Source: the human T2T-CHM13v2.0 reference genome, Homo sapiens
Length of the DNA: 64,000 nucleotides
Assembly (NCBI RefSeq): GCF_009914755.1
Contig: NC_060933.1
Direction: 5' to 3' (one strand)
Shown: piece by piece, positions 1 through 14,963 of the stretch
Numbering within the stretch: position 1 is the stretch's first letter
Layout of the letters: each line of letters opens with the position of its first letter
Made by a program: the position numbers and the translations under genes
The notes under the pieces: model-generated
The model's database searches: none
Seen by the model: only the letters and a program-made list of their open reading frames with translations
Told to the model about the DNA's origin: nothing

Positions 1-960
1 ATCAAGTTTCCTAGATCATCTGAGTAGAAATACACAAAAAGCAAGTTGGAGCAAAAGAAACAAACTCACAGTAGTTAAGTAGCAACAGCTGACAATATGA
101 AAGGACAACAGAGGAAAGCAGAGAATAAACGTAAGAATCTAAAAAAGCAAAGCAGCCCGAGGTCCATTAACATAAGAGCAGCTGTAATCCTGTAGCCCTT
201 GTGCTGAGTACCAGGAGAGAAAAGAAAATATTTGGAGAAATAATGGCAGAAAACTTTCCAATTTTATTAGAAAGCAATAACCTATACATCCAAGAAGCTT
301 AATGAATGCTCCGGAAAAAAAGCAAAGATGCCCACAAGCAGATACTTTATAGTATAAATACTGAAAGTCAAAGACAAGGAGAAGTTTTAAAATCAGCAAG
401 AGAAAAACAATGCATCATTTACAAAGGTACTTCAATAAGATTTAAGATTAACACCTTACTTCTCATCAGAAACCATGGAAGCCAGAAGGCAATGGGAAAA
501 CATTTCATATGCTCAAAGAAAAAAGTAGGCAACCAAGAATCTTATATACAGTAAAGCTATCTTTCAAAAGCGAAGATGAAATAAATACTTTCCCAGATAA
601 GCAAAACTGAGAATTTGTTAGCAGACTCATTTTACAATACTAAACGAAGTTCTTCAGGCTGAAATCAAGTGACCCTACAGAAATATGAATCTACGGGAAC
701 AAACAACATTGATAATTATGTAATGATGAATGCATATTTTTCCTCCTTTAATTGATTTAAAAAAGCAATTTCAAATAATATGTATATAATGGATTGTTGG
801 GCCTATATAACATATAGAAATGTAATGTATGTGTAGTATAATAGCACATAGGAAGTGAGTAAAAACAAAGCTGTAATGGGCTAAGGAAATGACTACAGAT
901 GGTAAAGTAGTAACTATAACAATGCATTGTTGAGTTTTTAACATTAATATATTATGTAGG
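1..960 (+). mobile_element. Degenerate old L1 (L1M) ORF1-region fragment
   Basis: A-rich L1 ORF1-like motifs (gaaaatatttggagaaataatggcagaaaactttcc, atccaagaagct, agcaagagaaaaa, tcagaaaccatggaagccagaaggcaatgg). Confidence 0.75.
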
Positions 961-2596
961 CATTGCCTAAAAAGTACTTTAGACCTGTTACTCAGTGAGG
1001 GTAAGTTTCAGATATTATTATCCTATTCATTACACTCCCTATCAAAACAAAACACAAAATTCAATATTGCTCACCCAAATAAAGGAATCCTCCCCTCCTC
1101 CAGCTACTTTTATTTGCTGCTCTGATAGCCAGGCTAAAAACACATTTGAGAATTACTTCTCCTTTATCTATTCTTGAGTCTTATGATTTCAGAAGTCCAG
1201 AAGCCAGTTTCTGACAGTGAAAACCAGGAGACAGCAAAGAAATAGGTTTCCCCCCTTCTTTTCTACCATAAAAAATAACACACCAACATAAAAGATACCT
1301 TTCTAAGTAGGTCAAGGAAAAAAACTCACCCATAATCCTATTGCCTCAACACAATCATTTGTTTCATTGTATTTATTTCCTTCTGCTTTTATTCCATAGA
1401 CACTTACATTTTATTTTACAGAGGTGTAATCATTTATACTCTCTTTTTCATTTAGGATTACACTGAATACTTTAGCAAGTTTAATTATCATTTTTGACAG
1501 CACCAGATATATTTAGGGATATATAAACTATTTTCTTTTGTCTCCCTCCCTTCTGCCCATTCTATTTCCCGGGGATGGGCCTTGAAGGCTTGGAGCCCAG
1601 ACTTCTAGACTTAAAAGAGCTCAAAAAGTAGCAAATTCTCACTTTGGTGAAGTAATATAGATGGCCTCTGACTTTACCAAAGTTATTAGGTGTTCAAATA
1701 GAAACACAAGTTTCATTTAAGATTCATAACATGAGAATGCTAATTATAAGTTTTGATTTATAGTCTATGAATTCACCATACATAGTGCCCCTATATTCGT
1801 AAACCTACCTGCTACCCTCTCTACTTCTTTTCTTCTTCAAAAACCAGAAGACTGAATCTACTTCAATATACTGCCTTAAGTAGTTGTTTTAGAGGAAAAA
1901 GAAATCCAAATTTTGAATTAATCAAGTACTACAGTGGCTGAAACTTGCATTTTATTAGGAGATAAAAATGATCTAAAAACAGCATTTCCCCATTTTTCTA
2001 ATATAACGTCATTTTTTAAAGCACACTATTAAAACTTTTTTCTAAAAGTGTCATATTATGCAAATTTAGTACACAGCCTACAAGAGGAAACAGAGGGAGT
2101 AAAATAGTTTCATGTCCATCTGGCTTCATACGAAAAAGCCAGTTTAACAGCTTTCAGCTCACTGACATTTGTTAAGACCTTTGTACTTTCCCTAAAAAAA
2201 GAAAAAGTAAAACACACAACTCTAATGTCAAGTGGGTCATTTCCAGCATAGAGGTGTTTGCTTCCTTCCTTAGCATTACTCATTCAACTATTCAGTCAGA
2301 GGCATAATCCATTTAGAGATACGATAGACAAATGTCTTCTCCATTCTGCAAGCTCAAACTCAAAGCCTAATTCCAAGTATCGTAAGCATAAATTGTTACT
2401 TTTTTGGTTACTGGACATTTGGGGTGCACATTATCAGAATACAACATGTTATCATGTTTGAATAAATAGCCTATTTTAAAACAAAGCAACAAGCTAAAAG
2501 CTAATTCGTAGTAACTATATTGATACTTTTTTCAATGTAATTGCTTATTCTGTGTGTTACAATTTATAGTAAATCAGCTTCTGAAGTAAACACTTG

Positions 2597-2602
2597 TTTA
2601 TT
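2597..2602 (-). terminator. Candidate poly(A) signal for the distal alternative last exon
   Basis: First canonical AATAAA I found downstream of the TGA at 2932; variant hexamers occur closer (e.g. CATAAA near 2820). Confidence 0.35.
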
Positions 2603-2894
2603 CATGTGTCTGCGGCTACCATCCTCACTAGGTTTCAACATAACTAACTAACTGTAACTGTGCCTAGTAAAATGAATTAGTATTAAATTCTTTAAATAAT
2701 CATTAACTTGAGAATTAATTGGCACAATCTACCAATTTACTATTCAATGAATAACTGACAAGGAGGAACCTACCCATTAAAAAAATACAATTGTGACTAA
2801 CATTGGAGAGCAAATAAGTTTATGTCATATAATTTGAAAGGATCATTGGTATATTAATCCAGTTAAGTTTGGTAAAGAGAAGATAATGGAATAC

Positions 2895-3010
2895 ATAGTA
2901 CCGTCATTGAAAACTGTAGACCTTGAGAAAATCACTTCCCTTCTTTATGTTTCTGCACCTGTAAAATAAAGGGATTAGGCTATATCATCTCTGCAGTTTT
3001 CATAATCTGA
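2895..3010 (+). mobile_element. MIR fragment hosting the alternative terminal exon in antisense
   Basis: gaccttgagaaaatcacttcccttctttatgtttctgcacctgtaaaataaaggga resembles the MIR core gaccttgggcaagtcacttaacctctct...catctgtaaaatgggga. Confidence 0.65.
2932..2958 (-). CDS. ABHD17B: ABHD17B alternative terminal coding exon (VQKHKEGK*, 293-aa isoform), spliced from internal donor CTG|gtaaat at 7148/7147
   Basis: Minus strand reads tttattttacag|GTG CAG AAA CAT AAA GAA GGG AAG TGA; phase-0 join after Leu285. Matches my recollection of the 293-aa isoform C-terminus. Confidence 0.85.
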   Translation of the reverse strand: MQKHKEGK

Positions 3011-3139
3011 GTTTATGTGGCTTTCCATAACTGTTTATGAAAAATCACTCTTTTTTGTCATGTATGTCTAAATGCAAGAATACCACTATTTACATGATAA
3101 TTGCTGTCAGTCTACAATTTCTAAAATTCATTTTATAAT

Positions 3140-3285
3140 TATTTTTGCAGAGACAGGGTCTCATTCCATTGGAGTGCATTGGCACAATCAGTTCACTGCA
3201 GCCTTCTAGTCTTGGACTCGAGTGGTCCTCCCACCTCAGACTCTTAAGTAGCTGGGATTACAGGCTTGAGCCACCTCTCCCTGCT
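3140..3285 (-). mobile_element. Old Alu monomer (FAM/FLAM/FRAM-like)
   Basis: gagacagggtctc...gagtgca...gctgggattacaggcttgagccacc. Confidence 0.75.
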
Positions 3286-3889
3286 TAAAATTCATTTTCA
3301 CTTATGAAGCTCTCTTAAAGTGAACACTACCTATATATTTATAGAAATCACCGAGAAAAAAAAAATCTATGGTATATATTCATGTAGGATACAGAACTGG
3401 TAAATTTGTGTAAGAAACCTGGAAAAGTATGAAGATGACAAACTAGTTCATGAAAGTTCTTCTTCATCATTCTTTTTTGTACTTGGAGGATATGGCACAA
3501 GACCAAGGATTTGTGTTACTATCAAAATTGTACTATGTTAGTATGTACAAAAGCCAAATATCAAAACAAACAAATTGGGACCATTTTAGTCATCAGTTAA
3601 GGCTAAAAACTGGTATGAGCCATTACGTGTGAGTAGGGCTGAAATTTTCACATTACATTAGAAATGTAAGGGATATTATTATTCAATTAGTTCCATTAAT
3701 TTCTAGTGAGAAAACTGAGGTCCAGAAATAACTTGCCCAATGTTGCAGATCTAGTCACTGTTAGCTGACAAGAGGCCCAGATCTGACTGCCAATTTAATT
3801 CTACATCATACTGTCTTCTAAAAACCATAGGTAAGCTCTCAGGAGTAAGTAGGGGAAATCAAAATGGAATACAAAGTCTCAAACGACCT

Positions 3890-4330
3890 TACACACAGTA
3901 CATCTAGTTCGACTTTTCATTTAAATCTGGAATTTCTTCTGTGACACCTATGACAGATGTCATTCAGCTTCTGCTCTGTCTCTAGTGATAAGATACTCAT
4001 TAATGCTTAGGAAGCAATCCCTTTCCTTTATGGACAAATAGCCATAAAGTTATTTCTCATACTGAGCTTTAATCTGGTATTGTGTAATTTTCACCCAGTC
4101 CTGCTCTGAGAGCCAGATAAAATACATTGTACATGCCTCTCAAATATTTGAAGGTAGCTATTACTCCTTAGTCACATCTTTCAGCTGGTTTGGGAGTTTC
4201 AGTTTACGGTACCTTTTCCAACTTGGCAAATACCTCAGGATTTGCTCTAATTTGTAAATATCCTTTCACTGCATCCTGGAATAACATTAGTAATGTAAAT
4301 GTGGTTTGAACAGCACTTTGTGTATCATTT
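3890..4330 (-). mobile_element. Probable L3/CR1 relic
   Basis: Degenerate CR1 3' motifs (catctagttc, ttatttctcatactgagct, caaatatttgaag). Confidence 0.4.
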
Positions 4331-4530
4331 TCCCATGATGTATTTTTCACCACTCTAAAATTAGATCAGTTTCTACACAACTGACTTACACGTTATTTCC
4401 AGCAAGCGAAAATCTCCAGATTTTTTCATCTATACTCTTGACAAGTGCTGTTTCCTTTTTCTATCAATGGCCTATTTGTTTCTAGGATAAAGACTAGGGT
4501 TCACCATGCCATCTGTAATTGTGTTCCTAA

Positions 4531-4867
<337 letters not shown>

Positions 4868-4884
4868 CAGTCTTCATATTTAAC

Positions 4885-5255
4885 TGCACCTTCCTTCCTC
4901 TAGGCTTCCATATATTATTCATTCCCCTCAGCTAGGAATGCTTCCCCTGGGTCACCCAGGTCTACCCAATTCTTAGTTATCCTTCAAAACTTAGCTGAAA
5001 TACCACTTCTCTGGGGGACTCTTCCTTGCCCTGCTCCCTATGTTCCCCTCCCAAAAGTACCTTTTACCTGTTACAATACCTTACAAATCTCCTTCAGCCC
5101 TTATCAAAATAGTAATATTTGTGCAATGAGGTGCCTGTCTCCTTAGCTATACCATGAAATCTATGAGGACACAGTCTGTCTTTACCTAGCACAGGTTTTT
5201 GCATGATTTATACATTCAGTAACTGTCTGTTGAATGAACGAACACTGAATGAATA
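4885..5255 (+). mobile_element. L2 3' end fragment
   Basis: tccttcaaaacttagctgaaataccacttctctg...cctagcacagg...tgttgaatgaacgaacactgaatgaat. Confidence 0.65.
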
Positions 5256-5716
5256 GGATCAATATTTAGATTTCCCCAGGTAATCAAAGAAAACATTTAG
5301 CTAAGCCCTGGGTTGTATGCTGTACAAAGAAGAAACTGTATAGGTTACAAGACAATCTTGAGAAAGAAAGACCTCTCCAAAAAAGTGATGATATAATTTT
5401 AAAAATTTTCAAACTATGTCCTATAAAAACGAAGGGTAATTTTTTTTCACTCTTTCTAGTGTGGGGGTGGGGAGCATGGAAAAAGGCAAATAAGCACAGG
5501 TCAGTGGTATATTTGTTGTTTTACTGTTAATTTGACACATCTGAACCAAAGCATTCACAATACTTGATATACTTTGAAGAGAGTCATATACTATAGTCTT
5601 AAACATAACCACGGAACGAGCAGAACAATTAAAACTACATAAGGCCTTAAAATATATCCACAGTGTGTATTATTTCCATATTCATTCATTTACAAATTAG
5701 ACTACATACCATTAAT

Positions 5717-5799
5717 TTTATTTTTATTTTTCATTGTTTTATTCAGACAGGGTTCATTCAAGGAAAGGCAACTTAGTTTTTGTATGTGTGAGCTTTATT
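5717..5799 (-). terminator. Cluster of four AATAAA poly(A) signals (5717-5722, 5723-5728, 5738-5743, 5794-5799)
   Basis: TTTATT occurs four times on the plus strand within 83 nt, about 1.35-1.4 kb downstream of the ABHD17B stop. Confidence 0.65.
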
Positions 5800-5932
5800 T
5801 TTTTACTATATTGGTTAATATAAAAGTTATGAATTAAACGTATTCTTATCTCCTATACCCAGGAGTGAATCCATGAAATTCTCAGATAGTAATCCAAAAC
5901 AATAGGTCCTATTTTTAAAAATAGCTAAAGTG

Positions 5933-6259
<327 letters not shown>

Positions 6260-7135
6260 TTAGTGGTCTTTAAGATCAACTCATGGACTTTCGGGATTTC
6301 ATACAATGAAGACTACTGCAATTCTATGAAGACTATGAGATCAGTCAAAATTTAAAACATCGTATACAAAATCATTCTTGAAATCTCTAAATGCCTTTTA
6401 AGTAACCAGCATGAAAATTTTAAGTACTTGCCTCACAGTACCAAACTTAGAAGTCAAAACTAGTTAAAATTCAGTGCTATCATGACTTCTCATTTACAAG
6501 GTAACTCATTGGTAAATTAATAGATGGCATAAAAATTAAGATTTACATCTTTTTTAAAGGATAAATGTATGTAATCAGAGTATACAGAAAATTCAATGTA
6601 TTTTACAATAAAATAACTTTAAACCTCTATCCCTGTACAACAGGGTTTAGGTTAATTCTAGTGAACTTGCATGGTTTTAAATCTCTTTTACAGTTCATTC
6701 CATTATGAGTACTTAAATTGCTTTAGATACATAGCTTTTTTCAAAATATTACAGTTGTATTCCAGGATAAGATTTAATATATTGAGATGTTTTAAAAATA
6801 TTTATAAATTTGTTTCTAGTATGCAAAAGCATTTGGCAATACTTTTACAGCATTTGATTTTATAGAATTAAAATCTCATACAGTACTCATCTTGATGTTA
6901 AAAAAAAATTCACAGAAAAAATATAAATTACACAGCCTGACTGCACGGTACTGTTATTTCCAGTTTTTAGTTCTGGTAATTAAAACCTTCATTAAGTCTG
7001 TTAACAAATCATTACCTGTACATTTATGAAGGCAACTGACATGATTTGCAAACAAAACCTTCAGGTTTTATGTTATTTACCAAAGAGTGCAGTTCAGCAA
7101 GAAAGGAAAACCCAGTAGCAAATTTACAGAATATT

Positions 7136-7355
7136 TTACAAATTTACCAGTTCCTGTGACACAAACTGTTTCAACCTTTCAAGATACTGTCCATAAAGTT
7201 CCACATCATTGTGACCTGCTCCTTCAACCCAGAGAGGCTCCACAGGTCTTTGGCAACGTTCAAACAATGCGAGGCCATGTGAAAAGTCAATGACTTCATC
7301 TTCAGTCCCATGAATTATTAATACTGGAGAGGTTATCTTAGAGATTTTGTCAATG
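7136..7355 (-). CDS. ABHD17B: ABHD17B coding exon 4 to stop (288-aa isoform, ends SQELVNL)
   Basis: Acceptor ttccctgcag|C; AA+C=Asn216. Contains HGTEDEVI (Asp235), GAGHND (His264) and TAA at 7138-7136. 467+180+220=867 nt = 288 aa plus stop. Confidence 0.98.
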
Positions 7356-8188
7356 CTGCAGGGAAAAAGGAAGGGGGAAAAATGCAATAAATTAACTATG
7401 TAAAGGAACATATTCTTGTGCTATATCAGACAGATAATTCAAATATGAGAATTGTATGAATCAGTTCAGAAGGTAAGACTGTCTCCTGAATTTCCAGTAA
7501 GATTCAAAAATTGCCTTTTACATACTCCCTACCTTAAGATTATCTGAGGAAGTTATTTTCATGCACTTGTTTTGATGGTTTTGCTGGAATCACTCAATGC
7601 TCTTGTCACTCTACTGTACCTTTCTACAATGTTGACTTTTGGCACAGAGAAACTTAGGTGTCCAGAAGAAGAGAAAATTTAAGAACCATTTCAAGTATGC
7701 GCTAATTTCACTTTCTGCACTCACTATATTCTTTCTCCTAGTCTCCTACTAAAATGACAGCAAAATGTTTTATGTTTTTGTTCTTGTTTGAGGATAAAGA
7801 TACAAAAACAAGGAGAATGTACTAAAATATAATAAAATGTTGGAGCTGGAAAGAAGATTAATGTGTGAAACAATTTATTAAAAGAAGAAAACACAATTTT
7901 AGGCAGATAGATGGTAAAGTGATGAACGAAACCAATTTATACAACAGAATACCCCAGAAAGCTAAGGAATTACCATGGTGATGAAGGGGGTGATTGAAAT
8001 ATACAGGATTTTTGCAAAGTCTGTGTAAGAAAGTTAGCCTCCCCTTCCCAGTTCCTTTTGCCTGTTCGTATACCCAGAAACTGCCTGCCCCCAAGACTGG
8101 AATGTCTGTGAACTAGAAGACTGCCAGAGTTTAGAACAGAGGTATCATAGAGACAATGGAAACATATACATTTACATACTGGCTACTA

Positions 8189-8615
<427 letters not shown>

Positions 8616-9012
8616 TTATTATCAGATCAGCCCTTTAGTTGATCTGCTAAATCTTGATTGTCTGCTTATATGTAAGAGTAAAGAGTTGATCAGCTCCTTT
8701 ACTTACATATAAGCAGGCAACCAAGAATTATCAGACATGAGAGGAGAACACTTCAAATAACAGAGGAATCAAAACAAACACTTTTTTAAAAGGCAACTTG
8801 GAGGACACAGAAACTACACAGACAATTCTTTTTAAGAATCTTTAGAGAAAGGTATTATAATAAACATAAAATGAAAATGGAATGTTGACAATGAAAAAAC
8901 CATCAATGAAATAATCTAAGGCTGCATTTGGTAAGAATAAATACTTGGGTTTACTATCTGTTGTCAGAAAGATGTTCAGCGGTAGAGGAATTAAAACTTG
9001 AATAAAAAATAA

Positions 9013-9471
<459 letters not shown>

Positions 9472-10432
9472 TAGACAGAGGCAGTATAATGCCTATACCC
9501 ACATTACCTGAAACAAAAACAAACCCAAAACAAAATAAAAACCCAAACATGCCCACAGCTTGCCCTTGTGATAAGATCATGTGTTCACATACTTTCCCTA
9601 CTAAAGTGATCCATTACTGGCTAATGATGAAAATTCTGTGTTTTTAAAATAATTCTTGAACCATGTGATGACTTTGCCTTTGGCCCATCAGCCATTCACA
9701 AAAAAAATCCTTTGTATTGCTGCCAATTGGAGAAAGGAGAGAAAACTAAAATTTGCCAACTTATTTCTTGTCTTCTCCTTGAGAAAAATAGGCCATTAAT
9801 TTTTTCCAACTATGAAGAGTAGGTGGGAACTACCTCCTGTCTTGAGAAGCATGAAGGAAAAGTAGCTACTTTCCTTTCAAATACATCTAAGTATGTTTGC
9901 AGGTTTTGTGGCAGCAATACTTACTAATCTAGTTAATTTAAGATTCAACTTTTTTTCAATTCACTTCTTTTGTAAGTTAGGTATCATTAATCAGATATTT
10001 ACTCATTTTAGCTTCTACCTGTTCTTCTCTAACATCAAGTGTCTCACTGGATGGCCCTATCCATTAGCACCTCAGGGCAGAAACATGGTAGTCATGTTCA
10101 AGTTTTTCTCTTTAGCATCCTACACCCAGTCTGATACTCAGTTCTGTCAAATTTATGTTTCAAATTAATTCCCTTGTCTCCAATACTAGTGCCACCACCT
10201 GAGGTGTAAGGCCCTCAGCAATTTTCATCTGGATTACTACTCCTCAAACATTTCAGCCTTCTGACTGGTCACCTGCTAATACCCTCTTTACAAATTAATT
10301 TTTCATAATTTCTATGTGCTAATATATATAAAATGAAGTTTATGGTTGAGTGAACTGTGTCATGAATACTTTAAATGATGAAAAAATTCCCAAGTTTCTT
10401 GGAATTTAACTATTTTGAATATTGCTACTTAC

Positions 10433-10612
10433 TTTGGGAATGCATCAAAACAGTAGGTCTTCTTGGTATCAGGAAAGGCAACTCGCATTCCCGAAGTCAG
10501 AGGAGAATGAAGAATAACAGCAGCACTCTCATATCGAGCAGCAAGATCCACAGACGGTACTGTCCCTATACTTTGGCCATATATAATCACATTTTCAGGG
10601 CGAATGCCATAT
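10433..10612 (-). CDS. ABHD17B: ABHD17B coding exon 3 (180 nt) with nucleophile Ser170
   Basis: Acceptor ctttgtag|A and donor AA|gtaagt; phase matches exon 2 (AG+A=Arg). Encodes [19 protein letters not shown] with the GxSxG motif. Confidence 0.98.
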
Positions 10613-12449
10613 CTACAAAGTTCAGGCGTTAAAAACAAAAACCAAAAAAGTTGGAGTGATATGAAATGTTCCATCATTCCAAAGGATTTGATCTTAGAAT
10701 AAGACAATGTCAACTAATTCATTTTTTAAACTTAAGTTTCTTAGCTATTACTGTTAGTTTTAACATTACAATAAAGTCTGTATCATCAGTTTATTTCATG
10801 TGTTTCTCTACTTCATCTTTTGGAAGAATAATTGCTGAGGTATTTTAAGATTTCAATCTTAAGAAATAAATTTATTAAATAATTTATTACACTATAATAT
10901 TTCAACCTAGCTTACTGCTGACTAAGCTTGGGGCATATCACTAATATTTTAATGAACTGATGTTGAATGAATAGGTCATATTTATTTTCCATTCAGTGTA
11001 ACAAAAGTTATTTATTTCTCCACACATCAAGAGTGGCTCATTTTAATTTCCAAAATTGGTCATATTGATGAACTGTTACATATAGTTATGGTATGAAATG
11101 AATATATGTATGGTTTTAGTAAAGGGCAAATTATGATTTTACGATTTTTCTTAAAATTGATCTTTGCTTAGTTGTAGAAATGGACTAATGGTTGAAAAGA
11201 TAAAAAAGAATTCCAAACACCACATGGTCCAATTATTTATGATTAGACTTTACGCTAAAATTACAAGGTACTATTTTAATCCCTTTAAAATGGCCACAGG
11301 TTTAAATAGATGAAAACTCATTGACTCAATAAATATTTATTGGGTACCTAGTATGTTCAAGGAACTGCTTGCTACTTGTCTACAGTATAATCATCCCAAA
11401 TGTAAACTACTGCAAGTGTAAGTACAGTGCTACCTGAGCTAATGAATGTGGGCTTAAAGGTTATAGTGACATTAAATACACCTTTCCACTTAGAAGGCAG
11501 ACAGCAGTCACTCTGGCAGCTAAGAACATAACAGCTGCTTTTGGAAATCTTTTGCAAAGGTAAAATATCTTTCTAAGAATCTGGATATTCACCAGGAAAG
11601 AGCGAGGGAAACTGTCCGTGTGTTCTCTTCCAGGGGCATAATACTATTTCAACTATACAGGTAGTAACACAGCTCTCCCCATATAGTTTCTTCAAGTCAG
11701 TACTACACAAACATTTGTATAGGACACAGAAAGTGGGGCTCTGTCTACTTCAAATTGACTCTAAATATTAGCAAACTCAGAAAAGCTTTTTTCTTTACAA
11801 CAGACCTAGTTGCACATATTTCATACGAATGAAGAAATTAGGAGAATGAACATTTGCAGCATGACCACAGTTCTTGAGGCTGCATTGTTGCTGTCAGCTG
11901 AATATCAGCATTGTTGGTGGCAATCATGAAATTTGGGCTACAGCTAGCAATGACAATGCTCAAGGATAGAGTCGCAGAGGTAGCTGACAATTAAGCATGA
12001 GGGGACTCACAAGAGTAACAACTGCCTAACAGTATGAGCTAGAAAGGAGTTTAGAGACCATCTAATCTAGAGTCCAGCTGCCTAATGAGCAGATCTTCAA
12101 AGTCACCAGTAGATGACAGCTCTATAATTAGAACCCAGGTATACTGACTCCCAGTTCAGTGTTTTTTACCTCTGAAGCACACAGATGAGGAACTCAAGGA
12201 CTTTGTGGGAAAGGTGCATAGTGAATGCCAGGCCCTGAGTTTCTTTTGGTCCATCAGAAGGTCAGAAATTGGAGTTATTATGGATATCCAATTTTCCCAA
12301 AAAGGACATTCCAATGTTCATTCATCCCAAAAATGAACATTATTTAAGTTCATTATTTATTTTCTCTCTCCTGGTTACTTAAGTCCTAACTTTTAATCAG
12401 GCAAATAAAATAAAAGGCATGTATTCTAATTACACACATTTCATTAGAT

Positions 12450-12550
12450 GACAGAATTCCAGAATTGGAAAAGATCTTGGGGATCATTTAATTCAATCTC
12501 TTCATTAAACAGATGAGGAAACACAGGCTCAGAGAAGTAATATTTCCTAA
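12450..12550 (-). mobile_element. MIR fragment
   Basis: acagatgaggaaacacaggctcagagaagt. Confidence 0.7.
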
Positions 12551-13751
12551 AGTACCTACACTTATGAAACTCCAACTATATTTTGGTTTCAACACGAAAG
12601 AAAACAGAGGTCTAAAATTCTAAAATATAAGTGCTAAAATAGTATGTGGGATTATTGATGAAATCTGCCCATTCCTGATTAACACTGGCTATCAAATATG
12701 TTAAAAAAATTAAGGCTGAAAATCATTTTTCAAAGTTTTCTTCAAATTGATAAATGCCAAGATTAAAAGAAAAGAAAAGAAAAAAACAGTAAAGTTGACC
12801 ACTTAAAAAATGGGATTTTTTCATATAGACACAGAACACTGAACTGAATACTAACATGTTTTGTTTGAGTAAAGTGACCCTTTTGTGTTACTGGGAAGCA
12901 CTAATAATGAAAGCTGGCTATCAGTTTTAACTTAGCACCCTTTAAAACTTCATTATTCCACTGAAGTTAACCTTTAAAAGTGTGAACCTTATCACTCAAT
13001 AAAGCTATTTTTTTAATTATAATACTTTCTTATAGTTGTTATACGTTATTCAACTGACTGACTCTAAAAAGTGGGCACTCAGTTTCTGTTTGTTTTAAGG
13101 CTTGATGGAACTGATATCAATATATGTAAAAGATTTTTATTTAAAGCAGTTTTTAATTTATCAATTAAACAATAACTTTACCATCCCCCATCAACTCTTT
13201 ACCTACTACTTGCCATCTTTTTTTCCTTATTCCCCATATTTATGTTTTTATATAATTTCAGTTGATTTTAAGAATCCCTTTTATGTAGAACTTCGCTATG
13301 AGAGCATAACTTTATTACATTTCTTTGGAGGGAAAAATAGTTTTAAAGATATTTTTAATATCTTTAATAATATTAACTACTTTATTATTAAAATTGAGGA
13401 AATTTTTCCTGACTAAATGAAATCTTTAATATTTAAACATTAAATTAGAAACAGTAAGTTTTCTTTATATCCTATAGCTTCAGTCTAAAACATCCTGGAA
13501 GTCAGATATTTTATTTTCATATAATATAAAGAATAGCCTATATTAAGGTATCTGTTTATTGTACACTAACCTGACTAATAATACACTGAAGTCTACCAAA
13601 TTGTGATTTTTTTTTCAAGAAAAATGTTTAGGTATCTTGGTGACTAGAAAAGATTAATGCAATTTCTAGTTCCCCAAAATGTATGCTGCTATAATCAAAG
13701 AATAACTGACATAGTAAGAAAATTTTATTAAACAATTTATCATAACATTAA

Positions 13752-14182
<431 letters not shown>

Positions 14183-14526
14183 TAAAAAATTTTTTTAAAC
14201 TTGATATAATCTCTCCCAATTTTAGGAACACAGAATATAAAGTAAAATCTCAGTTTTACAGAATGAATACTTGAAAAATAATTCCAATAAGGTATCTTTA
14301 AGTTGTACTTCCCAAGAAGTAATCACATAAAATAATGCAAATCTTGGCTTAAGATTTTAATAGAAAGCAATCCAGCCTCATACTGTTAATGACAGATCAA
14401 GTGAATAATTAGCTATGTCAGTATTTTCTCTCATTTCCTTGAAAGGTTGCAGCTTTGAATAAACATTTTTTATATCACACTCCAATAAGAAAGCTTACAA
14501 AAACCAAACATTTGTCACTGGATTTA

Positions 14527-14702
14527 ATTTTTTTTTTTTTTTAACTTTTTAAGAGATGAGGTCTGACGCTGTCACTCAGGCTGGAGTGCAGTGGCACGAT
14601 CATAGCTCACTGCAGCCTCAAACTCCTGGCCTCAAGTGATTCCCCTGACTTTGTCTCCTAAGTAACTAGGACTATAGGCATGCACCATGGACTTCCAGCT
14701 AA
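14527..14702 (-). mobile_element. Alu right monomer / FRAM / AluJ fragment
   Basis: T tail, ggctggagtgcagtggcacgatcatagctcactgcagcctcaaactcctgg. Confidence 0.85.
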
Positions 14703-14963
14703 GAATTTAAGTTAAAAAAAACATACATATATACGTGTATTAATGTAGACAAACAAACCTGAAACTGTCTTTAAAAACTTTGTTTTGCTATTATGTGAAA
14801 TTTAAAATTGCTGTCTAAAATATTTATTCACAGGTATATAATAGTAAATATAACCTCTATATAGCAGTTATGTATAATAAAAACAGCTTTTATTCTATTC
14901 TTACACAAGATATTTTTAGCTAACCACCACGAGTATGAAAAATAAATTCCAACCACAATTTAC

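Noticed and set aside
306-554. 82-aa ORF resembling L1 ORF1p
   Set aside because: Fragment of a decayed L1 with stops and frameshifts around it.
2932-2958. Possible dilysine ER-retrieval signal in VQKHKEGK
   Set aside because: Lysines are at -1, -4 and -6, which does not fit KKxx or KxKxx.
10613-10650. Possible U12-type intron suggested by ttttaac near the exon 3 acceptor
   Set aside because: The donor is GTAAAT, not the U12 consensus RTATCCTT; this is an ordinary U2 intron with a weak pyrimidine tract.
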